Source: an uncultured virus (IMG/VR IMGVR_UViG_3300032156_000006) (lineage: Duplodnaviria > Heunggongvirae > Uroviricota > Caudoviricetes). Taken from it: a stretch of 64,000 nucleotides of DNA. This document shows, one piece after another, positions 30,890 through 40,049 of the stretch. Made by a program: the position numbers and the translations under genes. Where the stretch lies: the IMG/VR virus record IMGVR_UViG_3300032156_000006. The stretch is one strand, 5' to 3'. Position 1 is the first letter of the stretch. Each line of letters opens with the position of its first letter. The notes below the pieces were generated by a model. The model made no database searches and had not been told where the DNA came from. It saw only the letters and a program-made list of their open reading frames with translations.

Positions 30890-31417
30890 ATGGGATACAA
30901 CATAAACGAACTCCTTGACAAGCGCAAGCATGACAAGGAAAAGTTGGCCGAGCTTGCGAGAAACGAGCTCGACAATCGGACCTTCTTTGCTGTCAAAGAA
31001 GTTGAATTAGACAAAGACGGCAAGGAGAAGCTGATAAAAGAAGAGAAGCCGGTTGCGGCTAAGGAATTTTTTTCCCAGTTCAGTGAGGTGCTGGACGAAA
31101 TTGCGTCTGCAACGACTGCAATTACCAAATACAATGCAACTGTCCTCAAAGACTTGCTTGCGCACCGGGATGCTGTGCGCGAGAAGATCAGGATTTTGAA
31201 AGTTCTCAAACAACGCGTGCCGATTGACTCTAAGATCGAGCGCTCTATTCTCGCACAATCAAAGGAAGGCGAAATTACACGCTACCTGATGAGAACACAC
31301 ACTCCTCTCTTTGAAAGGAAGGAAGTTGAGAAGATGGCTGACGAGTTTGCAAAAGAGGAGCGCAAACTCAATACAGAAATCCAAAAGCTCAATCTTGAAC
31401 AAAAGATTGAACTTTAG
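30890..31417 (+). CDS. DIP1984/DUF6847-like coiled-coil hairpin protein
   Basis: N-terminal INELL..R, central AITKYNAT, C-terminal LNTEIQKLN pattern recalled for this family; needs HMM confirmation. Confidence 0.6.
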   Translation: MGYNINELLDKRKHDKEKLAELARNELDNRTFFAVKEVELDKDGKEKLIKEEKPVAAKEFFSQFSEVLDEIASATTAITKYNATVLKDLLAHRDAVREKIRILKVLKQRVPIDSKIERSILAQSKEGEITRYLMRTHTPLFERKEVEKMADEFAKEERKLNTEIQKLNLEQKIEL

Positions 31418-31427
31418 GAAATTAATG

Positions 31428-31706
31428 CTCATCGAAAGATGGGGGTGTTCATGGGCCGTGGTGGGGCGCTATGGCTTTCCGCCTGGAAATAGAAAGCCGC
31501 TTCAATTCCCTGAGGGGAATTTAGCTCAACTCTGTAGAGCGCCATATATTGAATATGGAGGTTGTGGGTTTAAATCCCATTATAAAATACCACATACGCC
31601 AAACCGCACAAACAGACAAACTCACAATAGAACGATAGACAAACAAACCATATACAATCTTACGATTAAACCACGCACAACATACTACCGACCACGGCAT
31701 GACACC
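31428..31706 (+). ncRNA. putative structured ncRNA with a permuted tRNA-like domain and a periodic AC-rich tract
   Basis: 16-bp closing helix 31444-31462/31691-31706; cloverleaf arms 31504-31580; repeats 31585-31688. Confidence 0.7.
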
Positions 31707-31960
31707 ATAAGAAGAGGAGATGATGAAGATGAGCACGCTGCCTGAAATGAAGATGGTGTGCGATTGCAAGAGGGAGAGTTTTATAAAGGAGGGTCACATC
31801 TACCATCTTGTTGGGGGATTTATGGATAGGGCGACAGGGAAGTTTACTTATGAATACAGAAGGGGTACTGTTTATTTAAGAAAGCCTACCCCGAGTGGGT
31901 TCTGGTATTGTCCGCATCCAGTAATTATGGCGGTGGATTGAAATAAAGGAGGTTGATATT

Positions 31961-32365
31961 ATGGTGAATGTTCCAGCAACTATAGATTTAATTCAGGAAG
32001 AATCTGCCAAACAAGGCGTGGCTCTTGCCGTTCCGGAAATCCGGGTGTGGCTCCATCCGCATCTTGCCGGGCAGCCTGGAGACGATTATTGCAAAAAATT
32101 TGCATCTTTCCAAGAGGCGCTTGATTTTATTAGAGCCAACAAGCCCGAGGCCGAAGAGCATCCTCTCTTGGCGTTCGCCGGGCGGGAGATGAATCTCTGG
32201 GGTATTCAACCTCCAATAACTCAACCTCCAGAACCCAAAGAAGAAGATAACAAGTCTATCGGTCCGGAATCCCTTGGATTGAAAGAAGGTGAAGGGGCCA
32301 AAAGTGCAGGCGACATCGAAATCAGTTGTTTGGCAAACGGCTATAGTTGGATTCGCCAAAAATGA
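31961..32365 (+). CDS. hypothetical protein
   Basis: 134-aa ORF with strong AGGAGG SD. Confidence 0.55.
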   Translation: MVNVPATIDLIQEESAKQGVALAVPEIRVWLHPHLAGQPGDDYCKKFASFQEALDFIRANKPEAEEHPLLAFAGREMNLWGIQPPITQPPEPKEEDNKSIGPESLGLKEGEGAKSAGDIEISCLANGYSWIRQK

Positions 32366-32384
32366 AAATGAAGTTGTGATACCA

Positions 32385-32573
32385 ATGCCAGATGCAGATA
32401 CCGCTCAACCTAAGTCGGAAACCAAAAAGGAAGACTCCTCCCTGCTCGGCAAGGCCCTTAACCAAGAAGTGAAAGAGCTAGTTGTCTCCTCGCAGGGCAA
32501 GTATCGCTCGATCCGGGAGTTTGCGCGAATTGCAGTGCAGGAAAAAATAGTTAGAGATAAAGGAATGAAATAA
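32385..32573 (+). CDS. RHH-like regulator
   Basis: GKYRSIREFARIAVQEKI ribbon-helix-helix pattern. Confidence 0.5.
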   Translation: MPDADTAQPKSETKKEDSSLLGKALNQEVKELVVSSQGKYRSIREFARIAVQEKIVRDKGMK

Positions 32574-33464
32574 TGCCCAAAAAAATAAAATTCAATTACA
32601 TGCAAAACGAGGATGCCTCTTGGGACAGAAAAACCTTTGACTTGCAAATAACCCTAGGTTTACAATCCTGCAAGACGAAAAAGGATGTGCTGGAATTGCT
32701 GGAAGATGTCCGGGCGCATGAAAGGATACTTGGGAAAAAGACTAGTGCTAAACCAAAACAAACAAAGATTTTGAGTGTTCTGACTGGTTGGGATACACCT
32801 CGAAAGATAACACTTCTAGAGATTTGATCATGCTCCACTACACCTCGTTGCCATTCCATTTGGAGACTCTAAGTATATCGAGAAGGATCAAAATAAATGT
32901 TGGGTGAGACTTGATGCCAAAGAAGAAGAAAAGAAAAAAGACTAATACAATGATAGAGGCAAGCATACCTTCGATTTTGTTAACTCTAGGTTATTTGTAT
33001 TGAGTGTGTAAAGATGGGAGACACCATAGTTGTAATACCCGAGGAATTGCTTCGTTTGAACAAGACCAAAACCGGTTTAGTGTTGCCGCGCGAAATCCCT
33101 CTCGAGTGGTCGTTTGGTGGCTTTGCGTGCGCAGGCTCTTGGAAGGAATTTTTTAAGAAAAAAATTGCTGGGCATATCCGAGATTTATGAGGAATCCTGA
33201 TTCAATTTCCTTAGGTCTTTGATTTCAGTTGGGACACTAATAAAGTGCCTTGCAAAATGATTTAGGTCTTTCCTTAGATACGATGCCCTAGATTTGAACA
33301 TCTTTTTACAGAGCCAATTACCACTAGCGTCTTTCCACCATCCGTCTTTTTTCAATTGTTCTTCTGTTTTTCCCCTTAGCTTCTTTTCCCTATATTGGTC
33401 TTCCCACATTGTCATTCTTTGAAGCAAAACTGCAAATTCAAAATCAATTTCATTCATACAAATA

Positions 33465-34172
33465 TCAACTCTTTTTTGTCATCCACGAATTTACGCACTC
33501 TTTTTTATGCCAGCTTCGCTCTCCTTTTGCCATATCGATTAAATACCATGTTTTTGATTTTGAAAGGCAAAAATCTACTGACCAAAAATCGGGCATAATG
33601 TTCGCAACTTTTTGAGCACAACTAGAAAGAGTAGTAATTTCGGATTGTGTTTCTTTATTCATTTCATTAGATAGCTCCTCCCAGTTCTCTACAGATGGAT
33701 TCGCAATGGCATCTGTAATCCAATATTCATGATGGCAAATAATTTTTCCATCTTTTATAAAATATCTTCTTTCTGGGCAAACAGGCATTTTTCCGTAGAA
33801 TGCCGTGTATTTTGAATCCATCTCAATATATTCCCTAAAGACAAGGGCGGTTGCATCTAACCCCAATATATCTGCCAAAAATCCGAACTCTATGGTCCTC
33901 TCAATATTTGCCATGAGATTTTCTTTGGTTTTTACAAAACATGTTTTTTCCCATCCATGCTTTGCGCTTGCTTGGTCTGTTCTTACAAAGAGCGGATAGT
34001 TAAGTTTGTCTGCTATTTTTTCAATTTCATCTTTGTAATCATTTAGTTTGTTGTTAATGAGAAATTCTGAACTGGTCATCTCATCTCCTATTTCTAAAAT
34101 TTCTGTTTTCGGTTGGGGTATCGGTAAGGATTTTATTTTTGGATACCAGAACAGCATGCTAGTTTCATCCAT
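33465..34172 (-). CDS. ATP-grasp domain protein (R2K/Cdc123-like)
   Basis: FVRTD..SAKH, VFREYI, ERRYFI.DGK, WSVDF...WYLID. Confidence 0.65.
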   Translation of the reverse strand: MDETSMLFWYPKIKSLPIPQPKTEILEIGDEMTSSEFLINNKLNDYKDEIEKIADKLNYPLFVRTDQASAKHGWEKTCFVKTKENLMANIERTIEFGFLADILGLDATALVFREYIEMDSKYTAFYGKMPVCPERRYFIKDGKIICHHEYWITDAIANPSVENWEELSNEMNKETQSEITTLSSCAQKVANIMPDFWSVDFCLSKSKTWYLIDMAKGERSWHKKECVNSWMTKKS

Positions 34173-34232
34173 GAAGCACCTCTATTTTTTGAGGTCGGGG
34201 GCGGGCTTGCACTTCCCGACCATTAGCATTTA

Positions 34233-34994
34233 TCACGATTTTCTGACCCCCTCGCGGAGAGATAAGCGATGGTTTCTAGAGCGCCTAGAAAAAAATCCTA
34301 CCCCGAATTTTTTGGGAGAACCTCTACTTGGAAAAAAATAATAAATTTTGGGGTAAGGATGTTCTTTTCTTGCTTGTTGTGGTTGGATTTTGGCCCTTTT
34401 TTGTTTTTGCCTTATAATAAAGAGTGTACCCAATTCCTTATAAAACTTCTTCAGATCCGCTACTCGTTTAGGTGGATATTTGTATTTTTCGAGTCCCCCA
34501 TCAATCATGGCGCGCCAAACCACCTGTTTTTGCGCGCCATCTAGCCATCTTTCCACATTTTTCATATCCCTTTCAATCATCCAAAATTGGCGGCGATAAA
34601 AGCAACGTCTTGCGTAGTCTAATACTTCTTGTGGATCGGAAGCATAGTTCTCACGGCGCCTAGCGTTAATTTCGTCACGATGGGCATAGTATCTTCGAAG
34701 GCTGTATGTGGAATACCTTTTCCGGCATTTTTGACAGAATATCCGTGTAGATAAATTATATTTCTTTTGATAGGAATAGTATATATCTTTACAAGCAGGA
34801 CAAAGAAGAGAAGACATTAAAGGCATTTTATTCCTCCATTTTATTTCATCAATCTTGCGTGAAAACACCCAGTCAAAATCCACCATAGGATAGCCTGGGA
34901 ACCGTTTCAATACGCCGGAAATTTTTGCAGCAACAACTGTCCGCTGTTTTTCCAAAACACTGCATATATTCAAATCTGGGGTGATTATACTCAT
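34233..34994 (-). CDS. basic hypothetical protein with zinc finger
   Basis: CPAC...CQKC; AGGAG SD. Confidence 0.5.
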   Translation of the reverse strand: MSIITPDLNICSVLEKQRTVVAAKISGVLKRFPGYPMVDFDWVFSRKIDEIKWRNKMPLMSSLLCPACKDIYYSYQKKYNLSTRIFCQKCRKRYSTYSLRRYYAHRDEINARRRENYASDPQEVLDYARRCFYRRQFWMIERDMKNVERWLDGAQKQVVWRAMIDGGLEKYKYPPKRVADLKKFYKELGTLFIIRQKQKRAKIQPQQARKEHPYPKIYYFFPSRGSPKKFGVGFFSRRSRNHRLSLREGVRKS

Positions 34995-34998
34995 TGTC

Positions 34999-36258
34999 TC
35001 ATCTCCTTTTTTCCGAAATATTTTCTATCACCCCTTCCAGCCCCATTTCTTTCTGCTCCCCGCTTTCCAAATTTTTCAATGTAAACTTTCCAGATTCAAT
35101 TTCCTTTTTGCCCAAAAAAAGCGCAAATTTTATTTTGCATGCATTTGCATATTCCAGCTGCCCTTTCATTTTCCTTGCCATCAAATCTGTTTGCACGCAA
35201 ATCCCCGCCTCCCTTAATTTGGAAGCGATTTTCACCCCTGCACCATAGCATTCATCATCAATTGTTATTATCACAACATCTGCAGGCGCAGAATTTTCAA
35301 TCCCTTCTTTTTTCAATGCAAACAATCTTTCAATTCCCAAAGAAATGCCGACAGCAAAATCCCCCTGCCCATAGAGCGAGAGCAAATCGTCATATCTTCC
35401 CCCGCCCGCAACCGAACCTACTCCCCCGCCGGCCTTTATTTCAAATACAGGCCCGGTATAATACCCAAGCCCCCGCGCAAGCGAAAGGTCAACTTTTACA
35501 TTTTCCATTCCATAACCATACTTTAGTATGCAAAGCAAATTCTCAATTTCAGCCGCGCCTTGGGGAGAATATTCTTTTGCGATTTTCAGCGCCTTCTCAT
35601 TTCCCTCATATTTTTGCATTATTATTTCCGTCAGTTTCTCCGCAGCCTCATTCCCAACCCCTGCCCCTTCAAGTTCGCCCATTACTTTTTCCTTTCCTAT
35701 TTTTTCCGATTTGTCAAGCGCGCGCAAAACCGCTCCCTCATATTTTTCGCATTTTAATTTTCTTATAATTTCATTTAGTATTTTCCTGTTATTTACAATT
35801 ATTTCAAATTCCTCAAACCCGAGCGCCTTCAATGCTTCTGATGCCATTGCAAGCAATTCCGCCTCGCACCTCATATCCGCGCTCCCTATTATGTCTGCAT
35901 CTGCCTGCAAAAATTCCCGAAGCCTTCCTTTTTGCGGCTCCTCCCTTCTCCAAACAGGGGCGATGCAATATCTTTTGTAAGGCTTTGGCATGGACGAATT
36001 GGCGGCAAACCTTGCCAAGCCCACAGTCAAATCAAACCTTAGCGCCAAATCGCTTTCTTCAATTTCAAAAAGCTGGCCTGCAATCTCATCCCCTGCTTTT
36101 GCAGCAAGGGTTTTTTTCATTTCAAGCGCCGGCGTGGAAAGAGGCTCATAGCCCCACCTTTGGTAGACTGCCCTTATAGTGTCTGTCATCCTCTCGCGCA
36201 GCATCATTTGCGCGCCCGAGTAGTCCTTCATCCCTTTTGGGGTAATATATTCTGCCAT
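34999..36258 (-). CDS. hisS: histidyl-tRNA synthetase
   Basis: PKGMKD, LRFDLT, WRREEPQKGRLREFLQ.D.D, LARGLGYYTG, GGGRYD.L, GISLGIER, anticodon-binding domain. Confidence 0.96.
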   Translation of the reverse strand: MAEYITPKGMKDYSGAQMMLRERMTDTIRAVYQRWGYEPLSTPALEMKKTLAAKAGDEIAGQLFEIEESDLALRFDLTVGLARFAANSSMPKPYKRYCIAPVWRREEPQKGRLREFLQADADIIGSADMRCEAELLAMASEALKALGFEEFEIIVNNRKILNEIIRKLKCEKYEGAVLRALDKSEKIGKEKVMGELEGAGVGNEAAEKLTEIIMQKYEGNEKALKIAKEYSPQGAAEIENLLCILKYGYGMENVKVDLSLARGLGYYTGPVFEIKAGGGVGSVAGGGRYDDLLSLYGQGDFAVGISLGIERLFALKKEGIENSAPADVVIITIDDECYGAGVKIASKLREAGICVQTDLMARKMKGQLEYANACKIKFALFLGKKEIESGKFTLKNLESGEQKEMGLEGVIENISEKRR

Positions 36259-36289
36259 AAGTAGATTTAGTATTCCTGCTTTATATCTA

Positions 36290-36586
36290 TTACTTTCTCA
36301 TATTCCCCTCAATCCATTGCTTTAATGCAGCTTTTGTCGCAGCCCCTGTTCTCTTCTCAGCAATTCCGCCTTTCTTAAACAATATAAGGGTAGGCACCGC
36401 GCTTACCTCATACTCTGCAGCCAATTCGTTATTCTCGTCAATATTTACCTTCCCTATCTTAACCCCTTTCATTTCGCGCGAGAGTTCTTCAATTGCAGGC
36501 ATCATCATCTGGCACGGGCCGCACCATGGCGCCCAAAAATCAACAAGGGCCAAATCTGATGAAATATGCTGCTTGAAATTTGATTC
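36290..36586 (-). pseudogene. trxA: thioredoxin lacking its native N-terminus and start codon
   Basis: ESNFKQHISSDLALVDFWAPWCGPC; no ATG upstream in frame (only an internal TTG at 36553). Confidence 0.8.
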
Positions 36587-36659
36587 ATATTCAGTCTGGC
36601 TTTCTGATAAGCTTTGTATTTTGGAGTTTGTTGATAAGCTTAGTCTTTTTTTGTTAATT

Positions 36660-37307
36660 TCATTTTTTCACTCCACAAATCTTGCACGTTGTTTCCCATT
36701 CGTGCTTGTGCTTGACGGGCTTTCCTTTTACGCCAAACACCCCGAGACGGCCAGAAGGGAGGTAGCCGCAGAAGACGTACCGGCGGTTGCCGTAGACGAA
36801 GCCGCCGTAGTAGTCGCGGGAGACCAGACCAATATAAGGTGAGTCCCTGCGATACAACCTGCGACGGCTGTTAGCATATTCTTTTTTTTCTCCGATTGGA
36901 AACTCAAAGATAGGGTCTGTATCATACCAATCATCTATTTTTGGCATCTGGATTATCTTTGCAGACTTTCCTAAAGTGATTGTGTTTTCTTTTAGAAAGA
37001 AATCTGGATGATTGCAAAGGATAACCATATTTGACTGTCCCTGAAATTTCTTTGGAATATTTGCAACTAAACCTTCCCATTCTACTGTTTTTCCAAAAGG
37101 CGTATCTTTTGTTTCATAGATGCAAAGAGTTCCAGACCTACAAGGATACATTTCCTTCTCAGATTTCCATAAATCTGAATTAACTAAACGCTCTGAAAGC
37201 TCCTTAGAGCTTGGGATATACAAGCCTTTTCTGTTGGCTTCCCTAATTGCTTCAAGCATAGGCAAGCCTCTGTCGTCATCATATTGGGCTATTTTTTCTA
37301 TACTCAT
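36660..37307 (-). CDS. probable DGR target protein with a C-terminal variable region
   Basis: GLVSRDYYGGFVYGNRRYVFCGYLPSGRLGV encoded by a run of NNC codons (36738-36830). Confidence 0.7.
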   Translation of the reverse strand: MSIEKIAQYDDDRGLPMLEAIREANRKGLYIPSSKELSERLVNSDLWKSEKEMYPCRSGTLCIYETKDTPFGKTVEWEGLVANIPKKFQGQSNMVILCNHPDFFLKENTITLGKSAKIIQMPKIDDWYDTDPIFEFPIGEKKEYANSRRRLYRRDSPYIGLVSRDYYGGFVYGNRRYVFCGYLPSGRLGVFGVKGKPVKHKHEWETTCKICGVKK

Positions 37308-37589
37308 TCTTCCACCCTCTAGAATCGTCTGCACTTTTTGCATAAGTAAACTCGGCAAGGTTTCTCGTTCCAAAATCCACACAGAGACACCTCGTAATTC
37401 GGTTCGTGACTACATCCCTGCGGCGAACTTTTCTTTATAAAATTTTTCTTTATAAAATTGGTTATTTCCATCCTTTTCTTAGGCGTAAGGTCTACAAAAA
37501 CCGCATCAGATTCTTGCAGGTTCTCGAAGTCTTCGCCTACAATACAAAGCGAATCTCCATCTATAAAACATCTTAGAATATCCATAATC

Positions 37590-38168
37590 TCACCTCTGCC
37601 CTCCCGCTTCTTCTGTCCCGGGAGGGCAGAAACCACTTCCGTCATGGCAAACTAATGGCAGACCACAGTGGGGGCAGACAGAAACAGAAGATTTTTTGAT
37701 TTCCCCTCCGGCTTCTATGCCATCTTTCGTAACCGAAACTTCTTTCAAATCGAAGTCCTCAATTGTCCTTTTCACAGGTTCCTCCAAAAGTTTTGGATTT
37801 TCATAGATGTTGCCAATGACCTCAACATGGTAGAAATTGCCCCACCTAAAACGGGTGCTTTCAAGGGGATTTTCTTTTTTCTTCAAAACCATATCAAAAG
37901 TACTGTTGTAATACTCTACAGCCCCAATCATCGACTCCGCTTCTTCTTCGGATGGATAATCCAGCACTCTTAGAATATCTCCTTCATAAATCTCCTTTTC
38001 ATTTTTATCTTTGAGACCCGTGAATTGCATAACTTTCCAAGTATTTGGACGGATGAAAATTGTTTGGTCATGGACCTGTATAGAGAGAGAACAGGAAGAT
38101 GGAATTATTCCAACATTCGTGTGCATTTTCTCTCCATCCCACGCCCTGAATTTTATTTCCCTTGCCAT
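37590..38168 (-). CDS. YopX family protein
   Basis: REIKFRAWD, MQFTGLKDKN.KEIYEGDI, EVIGNIYENP. Confidence 0.9.
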   Translation of the reverse strand: MAREIKFRAWDGEKMHTNVGIIPSSCSLSIQVHDQTIFIRPNTWKVMQFTGLKDKNEKEIYEGDILRVLDYPSEEEAESMIGAVEYYNSTFDMVLKKKENPLESTRFRWGNFYHVEVIGNIYENPKLLEEPVKRTIEDFDLKEVSVTKDGIEAGGEIKKSSVSVCPHCGLPLVCHDGSGFCPPGTEEAGGQR

Positions 38169-38200
38169 AGTTTCCCTCCTTTCTTTCTTGAAATGGTTTA

Positions 38201-39913
38201 TCACTCCAATAATTCCATCAAAATATGGTTATAGACTTGCTCAATTTCCTGTTCTGTTGCACCATGATTTTGGATAAGCTCTTTAATTCTGTCTTTTAAT
38301 CTTGGGAAATGCGCTCCGCCTACATCCTTCTTTATTACCTCTATCGCAACAAGTTCTTTTGCGCAATTTGATACTTTGGTCCTCTGCGTTCCTCCATCAG
38401 ATAACAAAAAGCACTTTGTTACAAGTTCGTTTGTTTTGACACCCTTTCCTTGTGATTCAAGATATTTCAGTATTTGCTTCGAATCCATACGCAAAGTTTG
38501 GATATCGGAAATTATCTTGTTTTTCGCCTCTTCCAAAAAGTCCTTTTTTATTTTCTCGAGCGGAGCGACTTCGTAGGTTATTGCGCCTGCGTGCTTTGGG
38601 ATTCTTGCCAAGACTGCATTGACAATCTCATCTTTGTTAGTCGGAGCGGCGCTCATAGGAACTTTTTGCAAAACCCGCATTACAATTTCGTCCTCGTTGA
38701 ATTGAGGCTGCGAATTTTTGAGCTTGTAAATATCCTGGTAGATTTTTGAGATTGTCGAGTTTATCTCTTCAAATTTGTTGTAGAAATCATTCCTGTTTTG
38801 AATAAAATCTGTCCGCAACTCATTTAGCTTCCTCTCATGGTTTGGATCAACAACCCCTGTTTGTGCCGGAACACCAGGTTGACTTTGAGGAGAAGCAATA
38901 CTCATCCCGCCAACTGTAATAGGCTGCACCACGCTTTTTGCGTCAACTTCTCCTTTAGCTATCTGTATCGCCTTTGTATCATCAAGCCACACAGGCTGTG
39001 CATAAACCTTTTCTGTAAACTCTGAAGTAGCGACATAAAACTGCCCTAGTTTGAGGGTTGCTATATCCTCTGGCTTTGGCTTTGAGCTTTTTGGAAGCGG
39101 AATTTGCGCCAGTGTACGCTCTATTTCATTGATCTCTCGTTGATAACCCAAAATCCAGTTGCTGACTTGCTTCAGGATTGATTTTGAAGTTCCAGTTACA
39201 TCTTGCGAATCGATCCATAGGTAGTTGCCATTTGTTGCTCCCTGTCTGATGAATGCTTCGGATACTCTCTTGACTGGATTTGAATACATCTCCGGTATAA
39301 ACTTCCATGCTTCCGGAATAACAATTATCGTGTTTTTTTCCTTGTTCAAAATCTCATTTATCGCACTTCGAATAATAAGACTTTGAGTTTCCTCCTTGAA
39401 TCGCTCCAAGTCCATGATGTTTATCCCTTCTTGCAAATCAAGAGTATTGGAAAGAGGCGCACACTCAAGTTCTGGCAGGATTTTCCCAAGATAGGCCTGC
39501 AAAGTAATCAGTACACTCTTCTCAAGTTCTCTTAATTTCGTTCCAGCCAGAGCATTGTCTATATTATTCCTAAACTGCAAGAGGCTTGTTGCACCCTTCG
39601 AATATTTGATAATCCAGCTTCGTTCAAATTTCAGTTTCTCCTTCCTGGAAGACTCCAAAAGTTCGCAGGCATATTCCCAATCAAAGTTTTCTTTGTAGAA
39701 TGGAGGAATTATCGTCCCTTCAGTAATCGCCTTCTCGCCTCGTTTTGTCTTGATGATAAGAGCTTTGTAACCGCTTCTTTTGATTAGATTCATGAGAGCG
39801 GTTGTTTTTCCGGCTTCTTGAGTTAGCCCCGTAATTACCATATGCGCCATTGGAATTTTGATTTCTTCCCCTGTTTTTACTTTGTATCCAAATTTTACAT
39901 ATTTTGTTTTCAT
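38201..39913 (-). CDS. HerA/FtsK-like P-loop ATPase with C-terminal coiled coil and wHTH
   Basis: GLTQEAGKTT, IIVIPEAWKF, RQG, DSQ motifs. Confidence 0.65.
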   Translation of the reverse strand: MKTKYVKFGYKVKTGEEIKIPMAHMVITGLTQEAGKTTALMNLIKRSGYKALIIKTKRGEKAITEGTIIPPFYKENFDWEYACELLESSRKEKLKFERSWIIKYSKGATSLLQFRNNIDNALAGTKLRELEKSVLITLQAYLGKILPELECAPLSNTLDLQEGINIMDLERFKEETQSLIIRSAINEILNKEKNTIIVIPEAWKFIPEMYSNPVKRVSEAFIRQGATNGNYLWIDSQDVTGTSKSILKQVSNWILGYQREINEIERTLAQIPLPKSSKPKPEDIATLKLGQFYVATSEFTEKVYAQPVWLDDTKAIQIAKGEVDAKSVVQPITVGGMSIASPQSQPGVPAQTGVVDPNHERKLNELRTDFIQNRNDFYNKFEEINSTISKIYQDIYKLKNSQPQFNEDEIVMRVLQKVPMSAAPTNKDEIVNAVLARIPKHAGAITYEVAPLEKIKKDFLEEAKNKIISDIQTLRMDSKQILKYLESQGKGVKTNELVTKCFLLSDGGTQRTKVSNCAKELVAIEVIKKDVGGAHFPRLKDRIKELIQNHGATEQEIEQVYNHILMELLE

Positions 39914-40049
39914 TCGTTTTCACCCTTTATAAATGGATTTTCACACACCGGTTTTTTCAAACCAACTCTTCCAATCAAACTCTGCTAATTCCATGGTTAG
40001 AATATAGGGCATCAACCTTTATAAGCATTATAGTCCATATAAAATCTAT

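Noticed and set aside
31515..31587. Canonical tRNA-Gln(TTG)
   Set aside because: No downstream acceptor strand, A at position 33 and an altered T-loop; treated as a mimic.
31585..31688. AC-rich tract as the DGR template for 36738-36830
   Set aside because: Its non-A positions do not align with the variable region.
31311..31745. 144-aa ORF spanning the putative ncRNA
   Set aside because: Overlaps the upstream gene out of frame and has low-complexity composition; the RNA structure explains the sequence better.
34193..34221. ggtcggg/cccgacc hairpin with a GTGCAAGC-containing loop on the minus strand
   Set aside because: Single stem with no other ribozyme or tRNA elements and no second copy seen.
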